Both the position numbers and the translations under genes were made by a program. A DNA stretch of 64,000 nt from Ptychomitrium polyphyllum (lineage: Eukaryota). Position 1 is the stretch's first letter. Each line of letters begins with the position of its first letter. The notes under the pieces were generated by a model. It did no database searches. It saw nothing but the letters and a program-made list of their open reading frames with translations, and was not told the DNA's origin. This document shows, piece by piece, positions 1 through 13,995 of the stretch. The DNA lies in contig OZ316776.1 in NCBI GenBank assembly GCA_973851085.1, positions 6,758,001 to 6,822,000 of the forward strand, read 5' to 3'.

Positions 1-785
1 AAGTGTTGCTCTCAAGGTAAAGAATGGTAAGTTAAAATGCTTTAAGCTAATGCAGGATGAGCTTCATTCCATTCATGACACTGCAAGCACTTCGGACGCT
101 CCGAGCTTTAACTACCCAAGCATTAAAGCGCTCTTTAAAGAGAGCAGGGCGTGGTGCAACTAATGATGACTGTGGTACGAGCAGCTTCAAATTATAGGAT
201 TGGAACGAAGGTGTACTGATCTTTCTCGTCTCCAACTTGTTTACTTCGACTAAGGTAAGTAGTTCGCCATTACGAGAGATATAGGAGAGATATAGACCGT
301 CAGATTTGGCTTACAGTATGATATTGTTTTGTTACGATTGAGGACCGTATGCGATTAATATACCGTTTAATACTTTCAGTGCTATGAAACCTACTAAGTT
401 CGTTAGTGCTACAGAGAAAATGAAAAGAATACTGGTTAAATGCAGGCCCAATACTCTAGGTTCTCTCTGGTTCCAAGATTCTCTGACACAAAAATTATCG
501 AGGTCCCTTATTAGTGATTTCGAAGAATGTGAGCCTGACGACCTCAAAAACATCCCTGCCATGTTGACAGGATGACAGAAGAATCTCACCCCTAAGGAAC
601 GTGACAAAGTTAGTTTACAAGTTATGTGTGAATCTAGAAATGAATCAATAAGACATAATACTTTCAATTTTGTTTTTATCTTTTTGACGCATTTGCTGTC
701 CTGTTTAGCAGAGCTTCGTATTATAGACAGCAACAATCACACTGGTTGTCAGAGGAACCCAGTTGTCAAGGTGAGACCCACGAAC

Positions 786-3449
786 CTCGACTCTGCGCAT
801 TTCAGCTTCCGCTTTGGCTTTCTCATGGTTTTCCCATGCTTGAATTTTGGCTTCCTCACGCTTGAATCTGGACAGATCGAGTTATACGAACTTAGAATTG
901 CAAGGATCTATTTCACAGAATTTCCATTAAAACACAACTCATGCCAATAGAATGATAAGGCTAACCTAAAATTCTACAGTGACGATCTCTGAACACCCTC
1001 TCTCGAAGGGAGAATTCCAGAGTGAAAACATTGTTCCACTAAAGAAATCCAACGGAGTTTGTGCGTGTAGTCCCCAGACTAGACTTATACACTCACTGTC
1101 ACATGCCCTCACTGTCATTTTTATGTTGATTTCCCATTTTGCAAGGTAACTCCGCTTGCCAAAGGTAACTCCAAACTGTGGAAGAATTTTGTGAGTGTTT
1201 CTTTCTCAATATTAAGTGAAACATAGAATAACTTGAGTCATACCTTAACATTCTTGAGCAGGTGAAGCAAATTCTCTCACCTCTAATAGCAGAAAATCAG
1301 CAAAAGAATGAGGGTATGTGGTAGTGATCACGAAGGTATGACTCGAGTTTGGTGGCGTGTTGCACATACTCCCTCAATCTTGTGTGGAACAAGGCGGAGC
1401 GGGTATCCAGACGGGTGAGTGAAGAATGTTATGATAGAATGTTGTGGCATATCATGTCATGATTCAGGTTGAAGAATGTAGTAGGGAAGCGATGTCGATG
1501 TGCAGTACCTGGCAGTGTATTTGGCCTGTTCAGCCTCTTCCCAAGCGGCGGCGCGACTTGCCAACAGATTCTTTCGCACTTCTTCCATCTCCATACTCGC
1601 CTTGAGCGCTTGCGCTGCGTCGGCCTCTTCTTCCTCCTTCGTAGCCCACGCTGCAATGTTGGCCTTCCCGAGCTGAGTGCCCAGTGCCAGAATCTCTGCC
1701 CGCGTCTTCTCCTTTCCTGACAATGCATGGCTCGCTTTGCCTGCAGCTTCCAGCGCCTTGGGACCACCCACCTTAGAATTTTCTTTTAAGCCGGCGCTTG
1801 CAGGCGTGGTGTTCTTGGTCCTTCCTGGCGACGAGGGGCGTGAGATCGCAGGGCTGCCGAGGTTGGGCGTGGTGGCCATTAACGGAGTGGCAGTGCGGGA
1901 GGGGTCCACGCTGGCCATGGGGGTCATCTCAGTGCCCATGTCGCGCATGCATACGGTTCGCATGTTCGGAGGGTCCACATATAGGGGTGTGTCGCTGGGG
2001 CTCGCATCGGTCCCGGAATCCATTGTTCCCTTCGCAACTGCTTCTGAACTCACAGATCCATGAAGATCGAATTCCGTAAACACAACTTTCATGAAACAGA
2101 AACCAGTTCAATTTTGACGAAGAATTTGACAACATGATGAAGATGGCAAATGCCTTACCAAGGGGGGCTCCAGCGGTTGGCTTGGCAGTTCGAGAAGCTG
2201 CCTTTGAGAACGTCAAGTCGAGACCCGTTTCGCTGCTCTCTTTTGCATTGCTGTTGTCGCGGTTGAACACATCCTCCAGTGGGTACCGATCCACAGGCGC
2301 CAATGACACGGACACAGGGAGTGGCAGCGGCACAGGCTTGCCGTTGCCAGACATGAAGGCGAACCGCGGCAGCAAGCTCTTCTTCGAGCTCATGAACTTG
2401 TTGCACTTTTCCGGGGAGTTATCCTCTCTATCGAAGATCCCATTCTCTCCGTCTGAGGCGTTAGCGTCGTCGAGGGTTCCCTCACCTTCTGGGTTGGGGT
2501 AGGCGTCTCCTTTCCGCGCGAGTGCAGAGAGTGGGGAGTTCTTCAGCCTGGGTTTCGTGGGCGCGGATTCGCCCGCGGAGAGCCATTTCTCGGCGTCGTC
2601 CCACTTGGAGGGAGTGGGTTTCGTGAGCGGGCCGACGACGTTGGCGCCGGAGCGGTGACGGTTGAAGTCGAAGCTGGCCGTGCTGTCCTTCTCGAAGTTG
2701 CTGTCGTCTTCGTAAGGCTCCGCGGCTTCAAGCACGGCGGTGGTCTTCACGGTGCGGCTGGAGTTGTAGCTGAAGATATTGTTTCCATTTCCTCGCGGTG
2801 CAGGCGCGTTCGTGTTTCCGTTGAGGTGTTTCGATGGCCTTGCGTCTTCTGCAGTTAGCTTCTCGATTGGAGGTGCTTGAATTGACTTGAATGGGGCGGT
2901 TTGTGATTCCTTCGAATGTGCGTCGCGTAATGCAAGTGCGTTCTTGGTTACGAAGGCCATGTCCGCTGCCGTTTCGGTGAAGTGGAGGCCATGGCCAACT
3001 TCGTGCACCATCGCCCACGCACTTGGGTCTTTCTCCGACCGTTGGTTGTTGTACGAACCTGCATCACAAGCATTGACACATATTGTTGAAAGTTTCTAAA
3101 CTTACATTCAAATGGAACTACACCATGATCTATAAATTTGAGAGAAGAAGATGAGTACTCAATTTACCTTTCAATTCGTGTCGGCTCGCGCCATCAGTTA
3201 GTCCGTTTTTTCTGAAACTTCGAAGATGGCCACCCTGCACAGTGACCTTCATGTCATTGAAATTTTAAGAAAGCGAGCTGTGATGTATTTCAGAAAAATT
3301 TGCAAGTTCGTACAGCTCACCTTCTGAAACGAATCATCCTTTGCAGAGCCATAGAAGACCACACTGTCACCGTCGAAAGGAGAATTAGTTCCGCAATTGG
3401 AGTTCGCGGTAATGAGCTCCTTCACTTCGGAGTAGTCACCTTTGTCCAT
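786..3449 (-). CDS. Remorin, C-terminal-domain family (group 6-like); 3' end lies beyond the window start
   Basis: Inferred exons ~3449-3321, 3234-3168, 3058-2159, 2043-1509, 867-786, joined in frame at GT-AG boundaries. Motifs PTPSKWDDAEKWL, VCMRDMGTEMTPMAS..SRTATP, LGKANIAAWA, RAAAWEEAEQAKYTAR|FKREEAKIQAWENHEKAKAEAEMRRVE are typical of remorins. The start codon is uncertain and the last exon was not seen. Confidence 0.9.
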
Positions 3450-6400
3450 TTCAGATGGCTTCAACTATTAGTGGACACGATGATCGAACTTGCAAACCAG
3501 TTCCTTCAGTGCACAATCTGCAAGAAAAAGATCACACTCCGTTCACTGCAAGAACGATGACAGTATCACTTTTCTCAAATGCTCACTATTGGCAGGAGAG
3601 GCAGCTGTGTAATAATATCAAATATTGCAAACTACCGTCAAAGTCTTTTTTTTAAAAGATTATATGTATGGGTACATGCTTTAATCCATTTAACCATTTT
3701 CTCCAGTGGCGAATACATATGTAAGGGAAAGAAGAAACATGCCTGAAAAATTATTGCCATCTTCATCCCCTACCTTCGCAGCATGAAACGAGAGAGAGCA
3801 ACTCTGACTGCAATATGCAGCCATTGCCAGGATAATTAGCCGCTTTGCCAAAGCACAATGTTTAAGATGAGGCTAATTTATAATGGTTTTTTCTATGATA
3901 CTCCTGATACAGCTCTACTAATTCAAAGGATCATTACATTCACATTAACCTGCACTTGAACTGTGATTCCTGTTTCCAAGTAAATCCATTTTCCTGAATA
4001 CCGACAAGCTCTCCGAGAAGTGGACGCTTTCATTATTCCAGTGACACCGACCAATATTTTGGGCATGACCAGTAAGTAATGATCAACTATTCGATGTTTG
4101 TGACTAGTATCTTGAAGCGCAGTCATCACGACTCATCGTCTTTTCTGAGAAGATAGGGTGATCACTACTTTCTGCTAATTTTTGCACAACTAGGATATTA
4201 ACGCTCGTTACAAAATAAAAAGCAATAGGACTTTACTTCTGATCTTGTAGGCAACAAACGTGCGAAGAAATAAGAAAAGTTGTTCAAGTACCTTCAGAGA
4301 ACTTCGGAGCCACTGTGGGACTTCGAAATGTGCAGAAATATTTTTCCACGTCGTTGAAGTCGAGAAAAACATTCACCAGACCGGCTAAGGTCATGCAATC
4401 TCAGCAAAAGTGGCACTCATACTCCCCGTCATACTACCGCGGTTTGACCAGCTCAACGCTGGGTTAAAGATGGGCGAAGTAGCACAGTCGACAATGCCGC
4501 CTTTGCGAATTCACAATTAGCTCCCATAATAACTTGGGCCACGGCCCCCAAGTTGTAATCTCCACTCTGTCCCCGATGATAGATTATTACTCAACCTCAT
4601 AAAGCACGTCATCTCATCAGTGATATTAAGTGACCCTAGTTAATTCATCCCATAACAAGATGTTGCAAAACCAGTGCAAAACCTGTCATTGCGTGCTGCT
4701 CTTTCCCCTTGTCTCCCTCGTCAAAGCTGCAAGGCAATGTAGCTCCACACAAAAAGCAGCCGACACGACACCTCATCTTCTAAGGAGCTACAAGATTTAC
4801 ATCCACCAAAGCTCATATCAACACTTCAATATAAAGAGCTTTGCCAATGCCTCACAACTCGAGACTTAAAAACCTTAGCATGCACCTCCAGCAGCCATTG
4901 CGAGCGTGAAATAAGAAGTACTCCAACTTGTGCATGCACGAGGAAAAAAAGTACCCATCAACTCTAGAATACTACAATTCCATACTTCAGGTATTCAGAC
5001 TCTATTACTCATCACAATTGGCAGCTGCGCAGCAGTATGGGCCCATTGTGGAAGATGGCAATGAACTGTTGTCAGGAAGCAGGTATCATACTATTCTTCA
5101 GAAAAGGTGAGATGAGGAGCTAGCTTGTAAGAGCTTGCAGGAAGCAGACTGTTTGGAACTGGAGCTCATTGAAGTAGACTCGAGGGTAGTGCAGCTATTT
5201 GCAACGGGGCAGCAAGAGCAAGAGCAATGAAGAGAGGACGCACGGTGAAAAAAAGGAATTCTGATTGTGAATAAACGTTACCACCTTACCATTTTCAGTT
5301 AATGACACTCGCTGCACTGTCTGGAAACTTACTCGTGTGTACTCGGCCTGGCAGTCCCAACAGCTCTCTTGCCATTGTATTCTACCTCACCTGTACTGGA
5401 ACTCAGTCCTGACTGTCATGAAACATCAGCGTATGTGGGCCATTGATGCGGTATTGTGAATTTTACTACGGTAATTGTATTTATGACTACCAGCAATACC
5501 AGTGGTAAATTCTTGATTCATCATTCTTGTCTTCAACATCAAATCTCAGACAAATGTAATACTTAGATAAAATAAGAGAATGCTGGTTAAAGCAGTGTAG
5601 ATGATATTGTATTTAGTAACTTAGATCACCATAACTTTTATACTATGCTTGAGGACTGTAAAGAGTTTGTGGAGCTTTGACTACCGGCCTGAAATCTCAA
5701 TATGTCCTATATTGCAGTGCATTAGCCATTTAGCAGTGCTCCAGTCAAGCCAAGGAAGACCAACCCTGGAAATATGAATCAAGTCAAGTCAAGCTGTGTG
5801 ATTGTAGTTTCAATGAGCAGCTGTTGATTGCAACTTGTTATGGGCCAAAATGCTGCAGACTCCAGAGTTTGTCTAGGAAAGAAACAGTCCAGGTTGGCCC
5901 TTCAAGTGCTAGTGAAACAGTGTAGCCTGGCTCCATTGAACACAAAATACAAGTCATCCAACTTAACCAGAGCATGTCAAGTTCAAACAGTTCAAACTTC
6001 AGATGTTATGGCCTCATTGCTGGTTGTTCCATATTCAAATTTTTGGAAATACCCTTAGAGCCAACATGGTCAAATGCAGCCTATACAAGACTTAGAGGAA
6101 AAATACTACCTGCATAATGACTACACAGTGGTTCAAATCAACCTGGGGGTTGAGGCAATACATTTGGTTAAGTTGTTATAGATCATTTCATTCACTGATT
6201 GATATTAGCACATATTGCATTCAAATTCATCTAGTAGTGTTTCAAACTCACCTTACAAGCCCATTTGCCCCACCTACCCTCTCAGCACCATAATGACTCT
6301 GTTATGGACTGAATGACAAGCCACTGTACATGTTTAATTGTAAACTAGTCTGCAGTTATGTATTCAATTTTAGAGACTAAACATTCACCCTTGCTACATT

Positions 6401-7479
6401 GTGAAAAATAGTTTGCAATTAAACCATGGATTACAGTGTGACATTTTATCCCTAAAATGAATGCACCAGAGTTGCTACAATGCACATGGTGCCATGAATT
6501 GGGTGGAGCCAATTTGCCTGCCTACCCTAATAGCTCTGAACAAGTTAGAAGTTGAGCAAGGTGCAAGTTGAAGAGAATAGCAATACATCATAGTAGCTGC
6601 ACCTTCTTGGTCATGGTTACTTAGGATAATATATCTTATGTCACTACTTAGATAGATGATATATACTATATTTCATTAGGAAGCCATTGAAGCGTAAAGA
6701 TTGAGCCCTAGATTACCAGAGAATGGAGGTACTACCAGTGCTGTCAACTGAGGTCATTACCTGACAATGAAACTACCATCTTTGTGGTATTCTGGGCTGA
6801 ACATGTCCCTCGCATGTGTGGAGTGGCCTGAACAGGCAAGTCTACTTGTAAGGAGAACTTCTAATCACACCCAGTCTTCTCTTATCTTTGAAAAGTCATC
6901 AAGTTATTTTGAGAGGCAAAATTTTCTATCTTGAAATAGTACAAGTGGCACCATCCAGACAGGTTTTGGCGATTGTACATTCCCTCTTGTACCCAATCAT
7001 GTTTTAGCTTGTTTTGCTAAATTACCAATAATCTTTGTCAATAACTGAAGGCTGAAGGTTTTTCTAGATGGCAAGACCAAAACTCAGGGAACACATCAAA
7101 TATTCATCTCCTAACATTTTATGTTCATTGTGAACTTATACTGAAGAACAAACTTTGCTAGAATAAGCTACAAAAAAGCACTCAATTTGCATCATTACTC
7201 ACACATCCTAGAGTTGTCGTATGTCAGTCTCAGCAGAATTCAACTACTGCATGAACCCAGTCAAGCACTTGGCACTAACAGGCCCAATACTAATTGGTAG
7301 ACACACACACAATGGCTGACTCGTTCGTAATTTGCAGTCCAAAATTTCCAAGTGGTTCTTTGTGTATTGAAAACTTTGTGTATCAAATCATTTTTTGGAT
7401 AATTATAACATACTTCAGTGACCTCTTTGAATAACCTATAATATACTTGAATAATGAGTGGGGACCATCTATTTTATTT

Positions 7480-7540
7480 ATATATTTATATATATATATA
7501 TATATATATACATATATTTTATATTTTATATTTTATATTT
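7480..7540. repeat. (AT)n microsatellite with TATTT extension
   Basis: tatatatatatatatatatata followed by atatttt repeats. Confidence 0.9.
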
Positions 7541-8099
7541 TACATTTTGGTTCATTGTTTTCTCCTCCTTTTAACAGGGTTGTTTCTTTTATTTGTTTTT
7601 GAAATTTTTGCCCTTTTGTTTTGTAACAATTATCACACATTACTACCTGTGGAATCCTGACCGGGCAAAGTAACCATGTATTATTTACAGTACCATACAC
7701 TTCAAATTACACTATAGATAGGTTACCAGACTTGGGTACTTTACCTTCCTCTTGCTTGTTCTAGCAAAGTTGTTCAGCACTGTGGCAGTGAACGTTTTAG
7801 CTTCTGCTTACTGTCAGTACAGAAGTACTCCACTGAGAATTTGTGATCATGCATTCAAAAAGTTACCATGCATGATACTTTCTCCAACTGTTAATAATCT
7901 TGAAGTAACAATCTTTGCATGTCTTCATTTGTATCGTCTGTATCCCTCTTTCTAATTTTAGCTGATTTTGTGAAGCTATTTAGGCAGAGCCAGAATTATT
8001 TGCTTATCAGCAAACTGACAGTTTGATCAGAGGGTTGGATCATACAAAATACATAACAAGAATTTGGTAGATTCAAAGGGCCTTGGGTAGCTTCTCAAC

Positions 8100-11000
8100 T
8101 CAATGTGAATCTTTGAAATTAATTCATTAACTCAATCTTGCAAAAACAACATACTAGAAACTTTCTAATAACTTTGGTTCTTTGAAAAGGCACAAGAAAT
8201 AAAATTTATTAACAAACAATTGAGTTGCCAAGATGTACCAATAATAAATGAAATTTTTATTTTCAATATGAGATTTTGAACATATTTCTTTGATCATAGA
8301 TTATAATGGTGTAATTATATAATGGGCCAAAATTGTAAGTAAAAACAAACATGCATTTATGATTGTAATATTATAAAAATCACACCTTTGTTCATATTGG
8401 AGTGCACTCATTAAAGGAAATTTAATCATGCTTGTAGCTAAAATGAAAAATATGTTAAAAGAGCAAAAATAAGCTAATTTTAAGTGTAAAATCAAAAGGA
8501 GTATCATCAAAAAGTACTATTCAAAAGATGCAAACTTTTTTTCATTAAATTTGCTATTAGACAAAAGTACTTGATGAAACACATCTACATATTGATAGAT
8601 ACAAAGACAAGAAAGAAATTGATATGAAAGGATATAATAAAATAGCACAAGTAATCATATATATGATAATAAATTCCAAAATTCAAAGACAATTCATTTG
8701 TAAAAAAATTTAATATTAATGGTGTGGTTTAAATTTCTCAAATGCTATGATTTTCACTTAAAAGGTAATTGTGTATGTAATAAATATATAGAAGTTAATT
8801 TGGTAAGGTTTTTTTTATAAAAACCAAAAAACAAAATTTTAAAGAGGTATTATTGAAAACACAAAAGTTTGTAGTATCATAAATTAAATAAAAAAATTAT
8901 AATGTGCACATGAATTCTACAACTTTACAACATCTATATTAAAAAAATAAAACAAATTTTAGAATAATAAAAAACACTATAATAAACAACTCAAAGAACT
9001 TGAATTGGTTTAAAGTTTTATTGGTCTTCAAAACAAGTTCTTTTTTTAAGATATAAAACATTGAAGTATAATTATAATCATTTTAGCTTTGAAATCAAGC
9101 AATCCATTCATCTATCACAATTATTCTTCAACCTTGTACATTTTAGTACATCACAATAGTATGTTGTTTATAGAAGCACTTGTTTATCTATATAATGCAT
9201 CCCAATTTCTATCTTTATTTCACCACCTTCAATTGTTGTTCAAATATCATCTTCTAAATTCACGTTTTTTTGCTTTCTTGCAATTATTAAGAAAGATCTC
9301 ATTTTTCCTGAAGAATCTGTTCTCCTTGGAAGTCACAAGTTCAAAAGCATATTCTAAATTTAAATCCTAGAAATATTCCAAAAAAACTTAACCACTTTAG
9401 GTATAAGTAGAACCTTAAGGAATTTGGATGCTTATCACTCTTTGTTGTATTCTAACCCTTATATTGTGGTGACCTTTGTCCAAACAATTTCTATCATGTT
9501 AAATGTGAATTTTTTTGAATGCACTTCTAATTCTAAGTACCATTGTTATCTACCCTTTGATGTTCTCACTTGTTTTCTTTTTGAATTTGATCCCTTGTAA
9601 AATCTATCTTCTTTTTGCTAATTATTACAATAGATGATTGGAAAATGACAAGGCTTATGTAAATCTAATCCAAGTGTTGTGCTCAATGATGTACCTACAA
9701 GCCAAAACAAATGGAGGAGCAAAAGATCTAGAGAGAAGTTGACCAACAACAATGACAAGCATGATGATAACAGAATGATTAAGTTACCTTCCACCAGATA
9801 CATAAGCTTCTACATATCCATTAATTGCCCTATTTACTCACCAATGCAAAGACCCTTCCAAGGGCAGGTTCCAGCAAAGTGTAGAATGAGCAAAGTTGAA
9901 TATGGTAATATGATATCTTATGGTGTGCAGGTAGGTTGATGTGTTTTTTATGAAGCATTTTATGATGCTTTTCTTATAGTTTGCAGACTCTTTGCAAATC
10001 TTCCTTTGTTGAGCTCTGTGAAGGCTGGACAGTGCACCTAGAAGAGGAATCTGATGATGTGTGTCGGATAGAAGCCACAGTTTGACAGGAGAGCTCTAAA
10101 ATTCTTCCCTACACCCTGACACCATGTAGTCACATAGCATGTTTGTCACTTCCTTAACAAATATTCAATGTTCTCCATAAATACATTTTGTCAAAATTTG
10201 TATGTATAGTATTTGAGAATCCATGTTTTCTTCTGCAGTTTTTATTTTTCCAGTCTCTAAGAGAATGCATTTCCAAAATATCCAATTAATCAATAATGAA
10301 CCTGCTATGTGATGACAGTATAACTTCAGTGATTATATATGTAAAAAAGCCCCTCCACCTCTTTCTATGTTTCTATTCTTGGATCTTGGAGGAAAAGTTT
10401 ACAAGTTTGAAGCAAAGTTTATAATTTTACTCTGCAAGCTGACACCAATGGTGTCATGCAGGACAATTAGATGATGTTGGAACCAGTTGTGCTTACTTAC
10501 TTCTGCTGACAAATGAATTGTGGGAAGGATCAAAGAACAGGACCATTCAGGAAAAATGACAGGATTGGAAAATTTCATGAGTTGTTTGGTCATCAATAAG
10601 AGGCTGGTCACTGCAATCTCAATGCTGAGTTACAAGCTTCATCTGATGTAAGGTAGAACCACGTTTCTGCTATGACTATTCACCGTAAAATTAGTGTGCG
10701 TACAATTATTTTTAAGAGATTAGTAAATGAAAACGTATTGTGGTACTTGTTAAATCAAATTTTTTTGGATGAGTATTGAATGTGTTAAAAACTTTTAAAG
10801 CGAAATCATAAATTTTAAAAGCGAAATCATAAATTTTCTACTTTTGGTCATAACTTACCATAACAGAAATATGAAGAATCCAAAAAAAGATATTAATAGA
10901 GTTTAATTTGTGTGAGACAGAAAACTTTATTAAAATTGAAACAATGAAATTATAATTACTAATGTTGGAAATTATTAATTACAATTTAATTTAATAAAAG

Positions 11001-13400
11001 AGAAATTTGATTAGTAAACTTTGCACAACCAAATTCATAGAAAGATGTTTTTATTTCTATGAAGTTATAGCTTCAAATTATGGGTATCACTATCATTAAC
11101 CAAGTAAAAGTAATTTTCATGATATAAATCTTATCTCCATTGGGATGGGATTTTCTTATAAATGTGACTATAATTCACTAAAACATCCAATTTGAATGAA
11201 AAACATGCTTTTAAGATTCCATTGTACTTCATGTAGAGTCTATTTACAGGGCACAAAATTGAAGTCTTCTACCTTATTTTTTCTTGTACTGACAAATCAG
11301 CCACCTTCATATGTACTTAGACTTTATAAGGAAGGACATCTCCGGTAGAAAATCCATAACTACCAACTGCCCATTGTCACCACCGATGAAAGTGCACATA
11401 ACTACCAGCCTCATGTTAAATGATCACCCAGAAGAAGGTGATGGTGGTGGTAATTGACTTAGAAAATAGGAGAATTTGAAATGAGAATTGGTGGCCATAA
11501 GTATATGCTATGGTGGTTATGGAATGCCAGTGGATGATTAATATGGTGGAAACATTATACATCAAAGGTGTACAGGGCTCTGGGATTTGTGGCTTTCAGT
11601 TATCCAGAAGGTGGAAATTAACACATCCTGTAGTGGTTATGAAGACAATCACATTGGTTTAAAGAGGAATTTTTATATCAAAGTGGAAGTTACTGAGCTT
11701 GGAGAGAAGCTGGGGAGGAGGTTCAAACAAGCTTGTGATCAGTTGACTGTAGTTTTGGGCAAGCTGTAGTTTCTGGCACATGAAGTTGAGGCAAATGTCA
11801 TGGACTCATGAGAAGGGCCTTTAGCATTTTAAGGGCCCTGGGGAGGGTGATTGCTTCTGAAGGAGAGGTTAGGAGAATTGAAAACCACGCTGTAGTTATG
11901 ACTGGGTACTCATCAGAGACCAAAGAAGACTTTACACCTAATGGAGGTGGAAACATGTACCATTGCCGCAATCCAGAAATTTTTGGAGCTCTTTTACTCA
12001 GGGCATGGCATGCCATTGGAATTCTATAGATTTGCACATTGGCATGATAAATGGATGTTTGAGAGAAAATAGATGGGCATTTGGGAGAGGGAGATTTGGA
12101 CTTCAAAGGACTCTTGCGAGAGGTTTTAGATCACTTTCAACAAATTATAAGCAATATTAAGAAGAAAATTTGTCACAAAAGTAAGATGAAGTGTAGATAA
12201 AGACAGGAGGGCAAAGATGGGGTAAATTGCACAAAATCAGCAATCAAATGGATTCACTAATAAAAGTGAGAGTAATGGAGGCACTATGAGGTCTTAAAAT
12301 GCATGGTACTTTACTTCAACCAATTAATAGGACATGGTGTAACAATCATGAGGCCATGAAGGTATAATAGTAACCTCCACTTAAAAGGCAACAAGAATTC
12401 CAACTTTCCAAGTATTGAGGAGGTTCATTAAAGAAAAGATTCCAAAGACCATAAAGATATATTAGAAATTAAGTCAATAATATTTCCTATATCTAATTTA
12501 TTCAATAAATAAAATGAGGTCGTTGATTTTGAAAAAAAGATTCAAAGAAGTTTTTTAACTTTTAATAACAAAATGGAAATCGGTCTTTTGAAACTTTGAA
12601 GTTAGCACTAAAAGTTATGGAGGATGAATAGAATATCAATTAAATAGCAAACCATTACAAAATCCCTAAAGATTTTAAAAAATAGTAGAAATGGTAAAAC
12701 CAAAGACAAAAAGAGGAGACCACAAGGTGCATTTATTTCAAAGGATTTTTTTATAAAAAATATCCTACATAATACAATGATATAATAGGAACCTGCTATA
12801 AGTGAATAGAACACTTTATAGAATCTACAAAAAAAACAAGTGAAGTAGCCATTACATATTTGATGTGATGGCAAGCAAGTTTCTAAGTTAAGAATGAAAT
12901 CTCAAGTAAAATCCTAAATGAAGTTTCAAGTGATATGTGTGGATAGACAAATAGATAGACAAATACAATTGACAAGACTATAAGGTTTTTTTTACATAAA
13001 CCTAATACAAAGGTACAAACCTAATAAAAGCTTCTTATGATCCTTAAAGATCACAATTTTTTATGTAATCCTTGGTGTAATTGTCAAATCTATGGAGGTA
13101 GGATAAGACATGTTTACTTTTTTTTCTTATATTAACAATGTGATGAAGTTGTTAGATGTAGGATCTAAGTCTATTATGTATACTCCTTTTTAAGTTGATA
13201 AAATTTACTTTTTCTCCTACTTCTACTACTTTATGATTCCATTAACACCCAATCTCAACCCATTGCCACCACCCGCCAAGATTCAACCACTGAACTTTGA
13301 CCAACAATATGATGATTGATATTAATGCATATGGGTGCTTGACAATGATGCATAATAAGTGTGCCCATTCAAGAATTATAAATTTACTACAGTACCCTCT
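8100..13400. mobile_element. AT-rich, CpG-depleted block, probably decayed transposon DNA
   Basis: Very few CG dinucleotides and no credible long ORF. No transposon protein domain was recognised. Confidence 0.35.
10793..10837. repeat. 21-bp tandem duplication
   Basis: ttttaaa(a)gcgaaatcataaa occurs twice in tandem. Confidence 0.85.
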
Positions 13401-13904
13401 GAGCAAGAACCAATACAAGTTAGAGCCAGTGCATACAGCCATTCAATCCTGATTATCTCCCTAAATGTCCAGGTAGTGGTTAACTAGATAATAGTGATTT
13501 TTAATTATGGCCTGTTGATTGATGTCTCACTTGTACACATGTGACATGGGGCTCTGGCCTAAAATTCTAAGCACATCTGGCTGCTTTTCTTGAATCAGAA
13601 CAGTAGAACCCAGAGATGGTCATAAATAAGTTGTAAACTTGACTACAAAAAAGCCTGTGATATTGCACAATATGAGAGCTGGTGGATCTGAGAGCACCAG
13701 AGTACCTCAATAAACACTAAACATGCCTCAATGCAAGGCTAATCTACTTAGTGATTCCAGGACACACTTCTGGTAGTGTTTGTTGAAATGATCAATACAT
13801 AAACAGTACTTGCCTCTTGTGTACAAACTTGATACCAAAAAACACTCCTGGATCTTCACTGCAATCTCCTCATTTCCATTGAAAAGGTAAGTAAAGATAA
13901 CATA

Positions 13905-13995
13905 AGAAAATAAACGAAAAAGAAAAGAAAAAGAAAAAGAGAAAGGAAAAGGAAACGGAAAGAAACAAAGAAAAGAGAAAAGAGGAGAGAACAAA
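13905..13995. repeat. Purine-rich (GAAAA/AGAAA) low-complexity tract
   Basis: agaaaagaaaaagaaaaagagaaaggaaaaggaaac... Confidence 0.8.

Noticed and set aside
1677..3099. Plus-strand ORFs over the remorin exons
   Set aside because: Antisense shadows of the remorin coding sequence.
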